Shown piece by piece: positions 47,453-58,180 of a stretch of DNA of 64,000 bases. Under the pieces are notes generated by a model that saw only the letters and a list, made by a program, of their open reading frames with translations, did not search any database and was not told where the DNA came from. Source of the stretch: a bacterium (GTDB lineage: Bacteria; Zixibacteria; MSB-5A5; GN15; FEB-12); assembly GCA_043811375.1 (NCBI GenBank), contig JBDRNJ010000027.1, positions 1-64,000 of the forward strand, in the 5' to 3' direction. The position numbers and the translations under genes are program-made. Numbering within the stretch: the stretch's first letter is position 1; the number at the start of each line of letters is the position of its first letter.

Positions 47453-50050
47453 ATGAGAAGGCATCTGGTAACGATGGCAGTGGCTTTGTTGATTATCTCA
47501 TCTACGGCCCTGTCGGCCGAACGGGTATCAGTGGAGTACACGTTTGAACGGCCGCAGATTCAGTCGGTCACGATTGAGGGCAACCTGTACGACCGGCTGG
47601 TAATGCCGGAAGCGCCCAATTCGGGACAGATCGGCTATCCGGCTCTCCCGGCGACCGGCGCTCAGATATTGCTCCCCTTCGGTACCCAGGTAAAAAGTAT
47701 CGATATCATCACCGGCGAGAAAGTTTCACTGGGTCGGGATTACCTGGTAGAACCGGTGGGACAACCGGTACCGCTGTCGGCTGCTCCCGGTACTGCCGTG
47801 CCGCCTACTCCGGATGCCGTTGTTTACTCACTGGGCACCCCGGTTCCGGAAGCACTTTTTGAGTCGATCGGCACTCAGAGCTTCCGGGGTTACCAGATAC
47901 TGACTCTAAAGCTCCAGCCGGTTCAGTATATCCCAACGACCGGCGAGTTGTACTACTATACCATACTGACAGTCAACGTCGAGACGGAAGATGCCGATCA
48001 ACCGGCAGCACTGTTGAGAGGATTGCCCGAAGACCAACAGGATGTCCGGCTCCGGGTTGATAACCCGGAAGCTGCCGACGGATACGCTTCGGCGGCGATG
48101 CGCGGCCGGGCGAACTTCGAATTGCTGATTTTGACCACTCCGGCTTTGGCCGCCACTTTCCAGCGTTTGAAAGATTACCACGACACTACCGGTATCCTGA
48201 CCGAAATCCGCACCACCACCGACGTCGGCAGCACCAACCCGGGCGATATCCGGGACTATATACGTGGCCTCTATCTGAGCGATGGCATCAAGTACGTCTT
48301 GATCGGCGGCGATGATGACATTATTCCCGCCCGTGATCTCTGGGTGCGCGCTTTTCCCGGTGGCGCCGAGACGGTGGACATGCCGGGCGACTTGTACTTC
48401 GGATGTCTGGATGGCACCTACAACTACGACGGTGACGGCTACTGGGGCGAACCGTACGATGGTGAAGGCGGGGGAGAGGTTGACCTGATCGCCGAGGTTT
48501 ACGTTGGTCGGGCGGCTGTCAATACCGAGGACGAGGCCAACCGGTTCATCGACAAGATATTCACTTACGTTAACAGCAGCGGCGCTTATCTGCAGAAGAT
48601 CCTGCTGGTAGGAGAATATCTCGGTTTTGGCGGCGACTCTGAGTACGCCGGCAATTCCATGGATGAGTTCGAAGATGGGTCGAGCGCTCATGGGTACTCA
48701 ACGGTCGGCTTCTCGGGTGCGACGTATGTTATCGACAAACTGTATGACCGGGACTGGGCCGGAAATGACTGGCCGTTCTCGGAACTGGTCACCCGCATCA
48801 ACAGCGGCCTGCACGTGGTCAACCACCTGGGTCATGCCAACACCAACTACGCTCTAAAATCTTACAAGACCTCCTTCACCGGCTCGGTAACCAACACCGA
48901 CCTCTGCTTTATTTATTCACAGGGTTGTTACGCCGGCCGCTTTGACGGCGCCGACTGCTGGGCGGAGTATGCGCACATCAAGTGCGACTACGGGCCGTTC
49001 GCAACGATTATGAATGCTCGCTATGGTTACGGATCTTATGAGAGTACCGATGGTCCTTCTCAGCGATTTAACCGCGAGTTCTGGGATGCCGTGTTCAATC
49101 CGGCCGAATCCAAGACCCGGATGGGGAAGGCCAACCAGATATCCAAAGAAGAAAACCTTTACCGCCTTAACGAATCGTGCATGAGGTGGTGCACCTACCA
49201 GTTGAACCTGTTTGGCGATCCCACTATAGCGTTTATCGGGGTTGACACCTGTGTCGACGTCGATAGCGATGAGGTGTGCGACGTCGGCGACAACTGCCCG
49301 GCCATCTACAATGCTGATCAGGCGGATGCCGACGGCGACGGTATCGGTGACGTCTGCGATGATTGCACTGATATTGACGGCGATGGCTTTGGCGATCCGG
49401 GATATCCGGGCAACACCTGCCCCGAGGACAACTGCCCTGACATCCCGGCTTCTCAGAAAGACTATGATGGGGACGGCCTTGGAGATGCCTGCGATGACTG
49501 CACTGACAGCGACGGTGACGGTTTTGGGAATTCAGGATTTTGGGCCAACACCTGCCCGGATGACAACTGTCCCGACCATGCCAATCCCGGTCAGGAGGAT
49601 TTGGATGAGGACGGATTTGGTGATGTCTGCGACCAGTGCATGGATTTCGACCACGATGGCTTTGGCGATCCCGGCTATCCGGACAATACATGTCCTGAGG
49701 ATAACTGCCCGGACATCCCCAACCCTGATCAGGATGATCCCGATGGCGACAACCTGGGCGCTGTCTGTGACAATTGTCCGTCGGCTTACAATCCCGACCA
49801 GGCGGACGCCGATGAGGACGGCGTTGGCGATGCCTGCTGCTGTGTTAACGGCGGCAATGTCGATCGCAACGGCGGGATCGATGTGGCTGATCTCACCTGT
49901 CTGATAGCTTTCATGTTCCAGGGTGGCACGTCACCTCCCTGCCCGGCGGAAGGCGATGTCGACGGGACGGGAAATATCGACGTGGCTGATGTGACTTTTC
50001 TGGTGAGTTACCTGTTCCAGGGCGGCACGGCACCGCCGGCCTGCCAATAA
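47453..50050 (+). CDS. C25 (gingipain-family) cysteine peptidase with propeptide, thrombospondin type-3 repeats and dockerin
   Basis: YVLIGGD, EVYVGR, NHLGHA, SQGCYAG, NLFGDP; DxDGDGxGDxCDxC repeats; C-terminal GDVDGTGNIDVADVTFLVSYLF. Confidence 0.93.
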   Translation: MRRHLVTMAVALLIISSTALSAERVSVEYTFERPQIQSVTIEGNLYDRLVMPEAPNSGQIGYPALPATGAQILLPFGTQVKSIDIITGEKVSLGRDYLVEPVGQPVPLSAAPGTAVPPTPDAVVYSLGTPVPEALFESIGTQSFRGYQILTLKLQPVQYIPTTGELYYYTILTVNVETEDADQPAALLRGLPEDQQDVRLRVDNPEAADGYASAAMRGRANFELLILTTPALAATFQRLKDYHDTTGILTEIRTTTDVGSTNPGDIRDYIRGLYLSDGIKYVLIGGDDDIIPARDLWVRAFPGGAETVDMPGDLYFGCLDGTYNYDGDGYWGEPYDGEGGGEVDLIAEVYVGRAAVNTEDEANRFIDKIFTYVNSSGAYLQKILLVGEYLGFGGDSEYAGNSMDEFEDGSSAHGYSTVGFSGATYVIDKLYDRDWAGNDWPFSELVTRINSGLHVVNHLGHANTNYALKSYKTSFTGSVTNTDLCFIYSQGCYAGRFDGADCWAEYAHIKCDYGPFATIMNARYGYGSYESTDGPSQRFNREFWDAVFNPAESKTRMGKANQISKEENLYRLNESCMRWCTYQLNLFGDPTIAFIGVDTCVDVDSDEVCDVGDNCPAIYNADQADADGDGIGDVCDDCTDIDGDGFGDPGYPGNTCPEDNCPDIPASQKDYDGDGLGDACDDCTDSDGDGFGNSGFWANTCPDDNCPDHANPGQEDLDEDGFGDVCDQCMDFDHDGFGDPGYPDNTCPEDNCPDIPNPDQDDPDGDNLGAVCDNCPSAYNPDQADADEDGVGDACCCVNGGNVDRNGGIDVADLTCLIAFMFQGGTSPPCPAEGDVDGTGNIDVADVTFLVSYLFQGGTAPPACQ

Positions 50051-50101
50051 CCTGAATGTTATCCGGCGTATGTTTGGCGTCGGATGATTACTATAAAAGG
50101 T

Positions 50102-50128
50102 AACGGGGTCCCCAAAAGGGATCCCGTT
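50102..50128. terminator. Hairpin between convergent genes
   Basis: AACGGGGTCCC...GGGATCCCGTT. Confidence 0.65.
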
Positions 50129-50159
50129 CCTATCTTCGATACTGCCCGATTGTGAACCA

Positions 50160-51449
50160 CTACGGCATGATGTGCGGTGTGATCAGGATTATCAAGTCAG
50201 TGGTTGTTTTTTCGGTCGATTTGTTGCTGAACAAAAGCTTACCCAGCACTGGTATCCGGCCCAGCAGCGGCACTCTCTGCACCTGGACGATTTCACCTTC
50301 CTTGAGCAGACCGCCCAGGGCCGCCGTCTCACCATTGGCGACGGTGATGGTGGTGCTGATTGAGCGAGAAGCCGTAATAGGTTTCTGGTTTTCGATGGGA
50401 CCGGTGTACCCGATGATGTCCTCGACCTTGGGATGAACCTCCATCGTTATGTTGCCGTCACCGGTGATCCGCGGCGTTACGCTGAGGGAGATGCCAACTT
50501 CTTCATCCTGGAAGGTGATAATATCCTGAACGGCGGCTCCTTCGGTAAAGCGATTGAGGGTGGCGATGGGTATGATCGTTTGCACTCGTATCTCAGCCGT
50601 GTGATTCTCCAGAGTGGTGATATGGGGGTTGGATACCAGTTTGGAGTTGCCGTTCTGGTTGAGCAGATCAAGCACGGTTCCAAGCTGTGCCACAGACAGT
50701 GTGCCCCAGGTCCAGTCAAGCGTCTCGGCGTTGAGGTCCACCTGGCCTGCCGGGTTGTTGTTGCCGGAAGACTCACTCGATGAACCTGTAGAATTGTCAC
50801 CGCCAAGACTGGTTTGGATCGTGGTGGGCCATGAGAAGCCGAGCTTGGTCTTGTTGTCGACCGTGCTTTCAATGATCCGCACCTCAATTGAGACCATTCG
50901 TTCCGGTTGGTCAATTTCGGAAACCAGGGCGACCAGATCGGTTACCACCGCAGGGAAATCGGTTATCATAATGCGATTGGCCCGGTAGCCATCCGTACTG
51001 TTGCCGCCCTGATCCCCCTGATCCAGTATGACCACATTGCCGCGAGCGGAAAGTTGTGCTTCCAGCGCCTTCTGTGCCGTCACCGGATTCAAATACTTTA
51101 GCCTCACTGTTTGCGATATCAATTCCCCGGGCGCTTTAATTTCGGATGATTTAACAACGATGATATCATCTTTGAGATAGTAGTTATACCCGTTAGGGGA
51201 GAGGATAGCATCCAGCGCTGTCGGTAGAGCTACCTGATAGAGGCGCAGCGTGACCTCACCGCTGATATCTCCGGAGATGAGCAGATTGAGATCGTTTTGC
51301 TGAGCTATCATCTGCAGGACCATAGTAATCGGGACCGCTTCCAGTTCCAGTGACAGGCTGTCGGAACTGTCCAGTTGATAGGCTGCGACAGGTCCGATGA
51401 ACAGTGCCAATGCCAGGATCAATGCTGCCGCAATATATTTTGTTCTCAT
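50160..51449 (-). CDS. Secretin (PilQ/GspD/MshL family)
   Basis: VSIEVRIIE, SNPHITTLEN, GISLSVTPRI, VPLLGRIPVLGKLLF, LIILITPHI. Confidence 0.95.
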   Translation of the reverse strand: MRTKYIAAALILALALFIGPVAAYQLDSSDSLSLELEAVPITMVLQMIAQQNDLNLLISGDISGEVTLRLYQVALPTALDAILSPNGYNYYLKDDIIVVKSSEIKAPGELISQTVRLKYLNPVTAQKALEAQLSARGNVVILDQGDQGGNSTDGYRANRIMITDFPAVVTDLVALVSEIDQPERMVSIEVRIIESTVDNKTKLGFSWPTTIQTSLGGDNSTGSSSESSGNNNPAGQVDLNAETLDWTWGTLSVAQLGTVLDLLNQNGNSKLVSNPHITTLENHTAEIRVQTIIPIATLNRFTEGAAVQDIITFQDEEVGISLSVTPRITGDGNITMEVHPKVEDIIGYTGPIENQKPITASRSISTTITVANGETAALGGLLKEGEIVQVQRVPLLGRIPVLGKLLFSNKSTEKTTTDLIILITPHIMP

Positions 51450-51454
51450 ACAAC

Positions 51455-51889
51455 CTATCCTTTGGAAACGGTTAACGTCAGCTTCGAGCCGTTATGCTCA
51501 AGGGTGACGGAATTGGCGTCTATTGAAAGTACTCTGGCGTTATCGATGGTGTCACCAGTGTGTACCGGCTTGTTGTTGATGATAGCTGAAGGTTGCTGAC
51601 GGCCGAATACGATTCCGGACAACCGCCACGTTTGTGTGCGTTGCGGACGGCTGATCTGCGGTTGGTGCCGGCGAAACGGGTCGCCCCCCCAGGTTGCAGC
51701 CTGCCGTTCTTCGATGTTGATCAGATCAGACCCCGGTCGTTTTGCGACTGGTGCGCTCACCGGAGCAATGGTGCTGGGTTTCTCCACTGCCGCCGGTTTG
51801 TTTTTTTCGGTCGGGAAATTGAACGCCGCCCAGGTGATCGCCACCGGCAGCGTCAGGTATACCAGCCATTTACGGGTTCGTTCCGTCAT
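51455..51889 (-). CDS. PilP/MshK-like pilus assembly protein
   Basis: DPF...WRLSGIVF...AIINN...GDTIDNARVLSIDANSVTL. Confidence 0.75.
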   Translation of the reverse strand: MTERTRKWLVYLTLPVAITWAAFNFPTEKNKPAAVEKPSTIAPVSAPVAKRPGSDLINIEERQAATWGGDPFRRHQPQISRPQRTQTWRLSGIVFGRQQPSAIINNKPVHTGDTIDNARVLSIDANSVTLEHNGSKLTLTVSKG

Positions 51890-52449
51890 ACACCCTCCGG
51901 AAAACTACCCAGCAAAGCGTTAAAACTGAACTGAAGCTGTAATTCCCCGATGCCGTCTCTGGTTCCGAGAATCCGGCACTCTTTCACTCCCTGGAAAAAA
52001 TCGGCCTGCTCGATAGCGCCCACAAATCTGCCAAAATTAACATAACCTCCTTGCAGTCGAAGGCTGATGCTGAGAATCTGGGTCTGGTTGGAATCGGGAA
52101 CTATGCTGTTGAGATACAATAACTCTTCCACCGGTGGCGTTATCTCCGTGATGCCAACGTGGTACCTGTCGGCCTGATCATGCAGACGTCGAAACAACAG
52201 CAGAACGTCATCTTTCGCATAAAGACGCGAACTCAAAGCACTCCTCTCGGCGGACAGCCGGCTGCGTTTTTCAAGAAACTCGGGCAACTGGTTCATGATT
52301 TTCCGGAAATCCTGTAGTTGTTCTCTGGCCTGGGTTACCTCGTTACTGGTGGCTGCCATTTGCCTGCGAACTGGCATATACAACAGCGTAAACCAGACGG
52401 CTGTGATTGCCGGAAGAATGACTACATAAATAGTCAGCCGCTTGTACAT
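51886..52449 (-). CDS. pilO: PilO-like pilus assembly protein
   Basis: N-terminal TM, coiled coil, LQGGYVNFGRFVGAIEQ. Confidence 0.8.
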   Translation of the reverse strand: MYKRLTIYVVILPAITAVWFTLLYMPVRRQMAATSNEVTQAREQLQDFRKIMNQLPEFLEKRSRLSAERSALSSRLYAKDDVLLLFRRLHDQADRYHVGITEITPPVEELLYLNSIVPDSNQTQILSISLRLQGGYVNFGRFVGAIEQADFFQGVKECRILGTRDGIGELQLQFSFNALLGSFPEGV

Positions 52450-54065
52450 ACCGTTCCCTGCATGTCAATCCGGAACTCTATCTCAAAATGGTCGTCAAAA
52501 CGACTTTTGACATGTTTGCTGAGTTTGACGTTGTCGAAAAAAGCCGAGCTTTTCAAACTCTCTACGAACTCGGCCAGGAGTACTTCCGGTGGAACCGAGG
52601 TCGATTTGATTATGCCCCGGACCGTCAAATTATGATCGGAATGCTCTGAATCGTATACCAGATCAAGTAACTGCACTGACGATGGAGTTAACAGCGAAAG
52701 TTCCTTGAGGTTAAGGGTGAGATAACTGGGTTCATGGTGTGCTTTGTCCAGGAAGGCCTGGTATCCGACGATCTGCCTTTTCAGCACATGGTATGTGCCG
52801 TAAGCCTCAGAGTTCTTAATTCTGTCCACCTGCCGGTTCAGGGACAACAGGCTTTCTTCCTTTGCGACAGCTTCTTGTTTCATCAGCATCCATCCACCGA
52901 ACAACGCCAGGGTTACCAGAATCAGGGCTACCCGTGACAGGCGATCGACTCTCCTGGTCTGGTACTGGGATCGATCCTCAGCCGGCAGGAGATTGGCCAC
53001 ATCGGTATCGTATGACGCCGATGCCAGGGCCGCCAGACAGACCGGCAGGGTGTCGGTAAAACGATTGTTGTCGCCGGATATAAAATCCAGGTTTTCGGCC
53101 GGAAATCGCTCAAAGAGAATGTTACCGTAACCGTTGAGCAGTTCCAACAGATCGCTGGAATAGGCCAGATCGCCGCAGATCAGTACCCGGTCAGCCGACC
53201 CGTGCTGAAACTGACCGGTGTAGTAGTCCATCGAGGTCTGAAGTTCGGCAGCCATTGAGCGAGCGAAGGCCGCAAAAGACTCAATATCACCGGTTGACCC
53301 CAACTGTAACGACCCCACTGGACTGATCTGGAAGAATTCCAGGCAGGCGCCGTGATAGAAGGCGATTTCGGAATGTTCTCGGGTGATGTTCACCACGATC
53401 GTATGCCCGAACGGATCGAAATCGGGCAGGTGCGGCAGGAGCCGACCGATCACATCCTGACTGTGGTGAATAGCTCTCAGACAGACGTTCTGCTGACGGA
53501 AAGGCTGAAGGACTTCATTAATCAGACGCTTTGTCGCCGCATGCAAACCGACCTTGTAGCGGTTCTGCCCGTTACTGGTGAACTTTGATGACAGACGGTA
53601 ATCGTAGATACAGTCTTCCGGTGGAAACGGCACCTGCTTACGGACCTCGAAAGCCACGGCAGCATCCAGATCACGCCGTTTCAGGGCCGGCATGGAGAAA
53701 GTGCGAAAAGCCGTCTCCCGACCGGACACGACTACAGATATCCGGCTTGAGCGCCGGCCAAATCGTTTAAGGAATTCACCGACCGTCTCGGCAATGAAAT
53801 TAACCTGATCGGAAGTACCGACCATGCTCGAGGGAACATACACTTTTCCAATGTCCAGAATCTTTTTCCTGCGGCCGAAACGGGAGACAGCAGCCATATG
53901 AACGGAATTCTCATCGACACAGAAGGCAATATGGCGCCCGATGCCGGATCGGTGTCGCACGGGCAGCACAACTTCCGATACCGGCAAGGCTTCATCGCTG
54001 GAAGGCGTCCGGCGACTGCGCAAAGCCAGTTTGACCTTCTGCGAGTAAGCCTTGAGGTCAAGCAC
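52434..54065 (-). CDS. PilM-PilN fusion protein
   Basis: Actin-like PilM region (FEVRKQVPFPPEDCIYDY; ELQTSMDYY; ICGD), then ANLLP, a TM helix and PilN C-terminus (FVESLKSSAFFDNVKL). Confidence 0.8.
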   Translation of the reverse strand: MLDLKAYSQKVKLALRSRRTPSSDEALPVSEVVLPVRHRSGIGRHIAFCVDENSVHMAAVSRFGRRKKILDIGKVYVPSSMVGTSDQVNFIAETVGEFLKRFGRRSSRISVVVSGRETAFRTFSMPALKRRDLDAAVAFEVRKQVPFPPEDCIYDYRLSSKFTSNGQNRYKVGLHAATKRLINEVLQPFRQQNVCLRAIHHSQDVIGRLLPHLPDFDPFGHTIVVNITREHSEIAFYHGACLEFFQISPVGSLQLGSTGDIESFAAFARSMAAELQTSMDYYTGQFQHGSADRVLICGDLAYSSDLLELLNGYGNILFERFPAENLDFISGDNNRFTDTLPVCLAALASASYDTDVANLLPAEDRSQYQTRRVDRLSRVALILVTLALFGGWMLMKQEAVAKEESLLSLNRQVDRIKNSEAYGTYHVLKRQIVGYQAFLDKAHHEPSYLTLNLKELSLLTPSSVQLLDLVYDSEHSDHNLTVRGIIKSTSVPPEVLLAEFVESLKSSAFFDNVKLSKHVKSRFDDHFEIEFRIDMQGTVCTSG

Positions 54066-54077
54066 TGTTACCTCGGA

Positions 54078-54545
54078 TCAGAATGTTATAGTGATGGTAT
54101 CGCTGCTTCCGGTGGACCTGATTCGCCGATTGGAAGGCTCATAGACATACGCCGTTTCCCAGGCGTCGGAAAGGTAGGTACCACCGGAACTATCGATATA
54201 TGGCCCATTCCACCCCAGTCGAGTCAGTTTGTTGTACACCGGGACTGAGTCAGGTTTAATTGTCAGGTCGACCAGTTGTGAAGGCGCATAACCGACGTCA
54301 CCTTCAAACCCGCGTTCAACGTATTCTCCCCCTGATACAACTTCCGGGTTGCCGGCAATTGCTCGCTTGAGCGCCATCATTTCTTTTTTTGTGGCGTTGG
54401 CCTTCGATCCCTCGGTCATATCTGCGAACCTGGGTATTGCCACTGCAGCGAGTATCCCCAGAACGACAATAATGATCACCAACTCGACCAGGGTGAATCC
54501 TCCTTGGTCGGTTGATGTTTGCAGGTCATCTGGACGGACACTCAT
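54078..54545 (-). CDS. Type IV pilin/pseudopilin
   Basis: GFTLVELVIIIVVLGILAAVAIP; WNGPY...DAWETAYVY (GspG-like). Confidence 0.9.
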   Translation of the reverse strand: MSVRPDDLQTSTDQGGFTLVELVIIIVVLGILAAVAIPRFADMTEGSKANATKKEMMALKRAIAGNPEVVSGGEYVERGFEGDVGYAPSQLVDLTIKPDSVPVYNKLTRLGWNGPYIDSSGGTYLSDAWETAYVYEPSNRRIRSTGSSDTITITF

Positions 54546-54568
54546 TTTTTGCAGTCAGCTCCGTTGTC

Positions 54569-54994
54569 TTACCAATCGTTCTCGCCGGAGCCGCTGGTAT
54601 TGGGCCAGATCTGACCGTTCAGGTAGGCCCAACCACCGCGTGTGCCTTCGATAGTACCCTTGGTGACTCCGGTGACAATGGAATCGGGGGCGTTGGTGTC
54701 CAACTGGTATGGGTTCTTGGGGATACTATATTCCATCACCGTACCGGAGGTTTCCAGTTCGGCCAGTGATGGCCAGGTAGCGGTTCCAGTCGTGACTGCT
54801 TCATTGGCATAAAAAATCGTGATCCCGGACCTGATGCCTCCTAAAGCTGCTCGGCAGGACGCTTCTTTGGCCTCGGAAGTGATATTCTGGTACTTGGGAA
54901 TAGCTACCGCAGCCAGGATGCCCAGCACCACGATGATAATTACCAGTTCGATGAGCGTAAAGCCACCTTGTCGAGTCAATCTCAGACACCTCAT
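54569..54994 (-). CDS. Type IV major pilin (MshA-like)
   Basis: GFTLIELVIIIVVLGILAAVAIPKYQNI. Confidence 0.9.
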   Translation of the reverse strand: MRCLRLTRQGGFTLIELVIIIVVLGILAAVAIPKYQNITSEAKEASCRAALGGIRSGITIFYANEAVTTGTATWPSLAELETSGTVMEYSIPKNPYQLDTNAPDSIVTGVTKGTIEGTRGGWAYLNGQIWPNTSGSGENDW

Positions 54995-55072
54995 GAGTAC
55001 CCTCCGTGTAAATTAATGTAGTTTTCGGTTTTCGTATATTTTATCGGAAAACTCAGCCGTTTTTTTAGTGTC

Positions 55073-56290
55073 CTAACCGCCCCTGAAAACCGAGATGAGG
55101 TTCCACATCGGCATGAAAATCGCCAGTGCCATTATGAGGATGAAAACACCCAGCACCAGGGTCAGAATTGGCTCCAGAATAGCAGTCAACTGGCGGGAGG
55201 TATAATGGACTTCCTTACTGTAGTGTTGCCCCACTTCGTAAAGCATCTTATCGAGCGAACCGGATTCCAGCCCGATGCTCACCATCTGTAATGCCATCTC
55301 CGGGAAAAACTGAAACTCCCGCTGGGCAAGAATATCATCTTTGCCCTCCCGAAAAAGCTCCCCCAACTTCCTTATTTCCAGGGCGATCATGCTGTTTTTT
55401 ATGGCTCCTTGCAGGATATCCAGTGACTTGACGATGGGCAGACCGGATTTGAAAAGTATGCGAAACATTATCACAAAACGCGCTACGTTGCCCTTGATGA
55501 TGAGATTCCCGAAAACCGGCACCCTCAGCATTTGGTGGTCTATCCAGAGCTTGCCTGACCTGGTGCTGGCCAGCTTGGCGAAGGCCAGCGTCAGAATCAC
55601 TACAACAGCAAGAACTATCGCCCAGTAGTGTGTGAAAAAGTTGCTGGTGCCTAAGAGAATCCTGGTCGGCAGCGGGAGCTGGGCGCCCATGCCCTCATAG
55701 AAACCTACAAACCGGGGTACTACATACGTTATCAGCACTATGAAGGCAGCGACGATGGCAGTGATTACGATGAGAGGGTAGCGAATACCGGACTTGATCT
55801 GACGGGACAGTTCCATTTCCTGTTCCAGCATGATCGCCAGTTCTTCCAGGATTTCATCCAGTTTACCGGACTCCTCTCCGGCGGCGATGCAGGTGGTATA
55901 AACCCTGGGAAAGAGGTCGTCCAATTGAGCCATAGCCTGCGACAGGGCTTTTCCGGATTGCACCTCGAGCCTGATCCGGTCGATCGCCAGATTAAACCGG
56001 CTGCCCGGTGGGCCTACCCGCATCACGGTAAGAGCTCTCAGAAGCGGGATACCTGCCCGGTACATCGTGACCAGGTTGTTGGTAAACAGGATCAGGTTCT
56101 CGTAGTCGGTTTTCTTGAAAAAACCCCAGAGCGAAAACGACCGGCGTTCACCGACAGCTGCCACCACGAGCGGCGTCAGTTTCTGTTTCGCCAAATAGTC
56201 CAGCACCTGACTGTCACTGTCGGCAGTGATGACGCCTACCCGGAAGGCTCCGTCCGGCGCTATAGCACGGTACTTATACTGAACCGACAC
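55073..56290 (-). CDS. pilC: Pilus platform protein PilC/GspF/MshG
   Basis: AGIPLLRAL, AGEESGKLDEIL, IRYP, ESGSLDKML, LEPIL. Confidence 0.93.
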   Translation of the reverse strand: MSVQYKYRAIAPDGAFRVGVITADSDSQVLDYLAKQKLTPLVVAAVGERRSFSLWGFFKKTDYENLILFTNNLVTMYRAGIPLLRALTVMRVGPPGSRFNLAIDRIRLEVQSGKALSQAMAQLDDLFPRVYTTCIAAGEESGKLDEILEELAIMLEQEMELSRQIKSGIRYPLIVITAIVAAFIVLITYVVPRFVGFYEGMGAQLPLPTRILLGTSNFFTHYWAIVLAVVVILTLAFAKLASTRSGKLWIDHQMLRVPVFGNLIIKGNVARFVIMFRILFKSGLPIVKSLDILQGAIKNSMIALEIRKLGELFREGKDDILAQREFQFFPEMALQMVSIGLESGSLDKMLYEVGQHYSKEVHYTSRQLTAILEPILTLVLGVFILIMALAIFMPMWNLISVFRGG

Positions 56291-58010
56291 TGGTCACCGT
56301 TACAATCATTTCGGAGTCGGGATGGGAGTAATCATCGATATTAAAAGTTTCTTTGAGTAGTTCTTCCAGACAGATGATTCCCAGCTGGAGTTTCTCCAGG
56401 CCCATCTCGAATAACGGGATATAACCGCTCTTGCGAGCTTCCTCCCTCAGTTCTGTCAGAGAGGCGTTACGCATGATCATATCGGAGATGTGGGGTGTAA
56501 TTTCGACGAACTCGAATACCCCGATCTGCCCCTTGAACCCGGTTCCCTTACATACCGGGCAGCCCACGCCACGCTGAAACTTGAAAACATCGGCCAGTTC
56601 CAGCAGCCCGGCCTGGCGCAACACCGGTTCCGACGGTCGGTATTGCTCACGGCATTCGGGACAGTTGACCCGTACCAGCCGCTGTGCCAGAATACCCTTG
56701 AGAGCGGCGCCTACCAGGTAGGTCTCCAAACCCATATCCACCAGACGAGTTACCGCCGAGGGAGCATCGTTGGTGTGAATGGTCGAAAAAACCAGATGAC
56801 CGGTCAATGCCGAACGTACCCCCATCTGCGCCGTTTCCCGGTCACGGATTTCGCCAATCATGATGATATCCGGATTCTGCCGCAGGATTGCACGAAGTGT
56901 TGAAGGAAACGTAAGACCGGCCCGCTCATTTATCTGGACTTGTATGATCAACGGCAGAGAGTATTCCACCGGGTCTTCCACGGTGATGATATTTTTCTCA
57001 ATCGAGTTGATGCTTTGCAGCGTGGCATACAATGTCGAAGTCTTGCCACTGGAGGTGGGACCGGAGATCAGAATCAGCCCTTCCGGTTTATGAACAGTGG
57101 CACTCCATGCTCGCTCAAGCGATTCGGTTAAACCGAGTTGCTTGAACGATTGCAGCAGATTACGCCGGTCAAGTATCCGGACTACGATCTTCTCGCCGTG
57201 AATCGTCGGCAAAGTGGATACTCTCAGATCGACATTGGCGCCATCGACATTCATGAGGAATCGTCCATCCTGGGGCAATCGCTTTTCCGAAACGTCCAGA
57301 TTTGAGGCAATCTTGATACGAGAGATCAACTCGTTCTGCATCGATTTAGGAGGAGCCGCTTCCTCTTTCATGACACCACTTACCCGGTAACGAATGCGCA
57401 GGCGTGATTCCTCCGGCTCGATATGGATATCTGAAGCCCGATCCCGGATAGCCTTGGCGATTGTCAGATTAACCAGCTTGACAACAGAGCTTTCGGATTC
57501 AGCCTCATCAACAGAGGACGACTCAATTGCGGCGGGTCCTTCCTCGTCCCGTCTGTCGCCAATCATCTGGTTCAGTGAATCGGCTACCGAGTAATACTGG
57601 TCAATGGCCTCCTTGATCTCCGTGGCGCCGGCAACAGCTCTCTTGATGTTGCGACCGGTAAGATATTTGATCTCTTCAATAGCAATGATATTCAGCGGAT
57701 CAGCCATGGCCAGGGTCACAGCATTGCCGATCTCAAAAACCGGAATAAGCGTATAGCGGCGGGCCAGCTCGACCGACACCAGATGAATTACCTGGGGGGC
57801 GATAGCCATCGATGACAGCACCACTTTGGGGATAGAGAGGCGTTCAGAGATGGTGTCGGTTAATTGGTCCTCGGTCAGGTATCTTTTTTTTAGGAGGATT
57901 TCTCCCAGCCGTTGGCCGGATATAGCTTGCTCTTTCAGGGCTGTTTCCAACTGGAGAGGTGTGATCAACCCCTTATCCAGCAACAGTTCTCCTATTCTTT
58001 TCTTGGCCAT
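56274..58010 (-). CDS. pilB: Pilus extension ATPase PilB/GspE with MshEN domain
   Basis: RIGELL...RLGEIL tandem MshEN motif, ASDIHIEP, GPTSSGKT, LRQNPDIIMIGEIRD, CPEC. Confidence 0.95.
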   Translation of the reverse strand: MAKKRIGELLLDKGLITPLQLETALKEQAISGQRLGEILLKKRYLTEDQLTDTISERLSIPKVVLSSMAIAPQVIHLVSVELARRYTLIPVFEIGNAVTLAMADPLNIIAIEEIKYLTGRNIKRAVAGATEIKEAIDQYYSVADSLNQMIGDRRDEEGPAAIESSSVDEAESESSVVKLVNLTIAKAIRDRASDIHIEPEESRLRIRYRVSGVMKEEAAPPKSMQNELISRIKIASNLDVSEKRLPQDGRFLMNVDGANVDLRVSTLPTIHGEKIVVRILDRRNLLQSFKQLGLTESLERAWSATVHKPEGLILISGPTSSGKTSTLYATLQSINSIEKNIITVEDPVEYSLPLIIQVQINERAGLTFPSTLRAILRQNPDIIMIGEIRDRETAQMGVRSALTGHLVFSTIHTNDAPSAVTRLVDMGLETYLVGAALKGILAQRLVRVNCPECREQYRPSEPVLRQAGLLELADVFKFQRGVGCPVCKGTGFKGQIGVFEFVEITPHISDMIMRNASLTELREEARKSGYIPLFEMGLEKLQLGIICLEELLKETFNIDDYSHPDSEMIVTVTSVGSV

Positions 58011-58180
58011 TACCGCTAACTCCAGGAAAAAGTGGTGTCAGTATATTATCGGTATGGTCTGGTGACGACTGAAGCAACGGACAAGAGACAGATGTGGAAG
58101 GGGTGGAGGACGGCAGCCGTTTACGGAATCCTGTCGGACGATACTTGTCAGACCGGTGAAATCCGGGGAATGTCGTAACG

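Noticed and set aside
49242..49850. Tandem DNA repeats resembling an array
   Set aside because: They encode the thrombospondin type-3 repeats of the C25 peptidase; not CRISPR.
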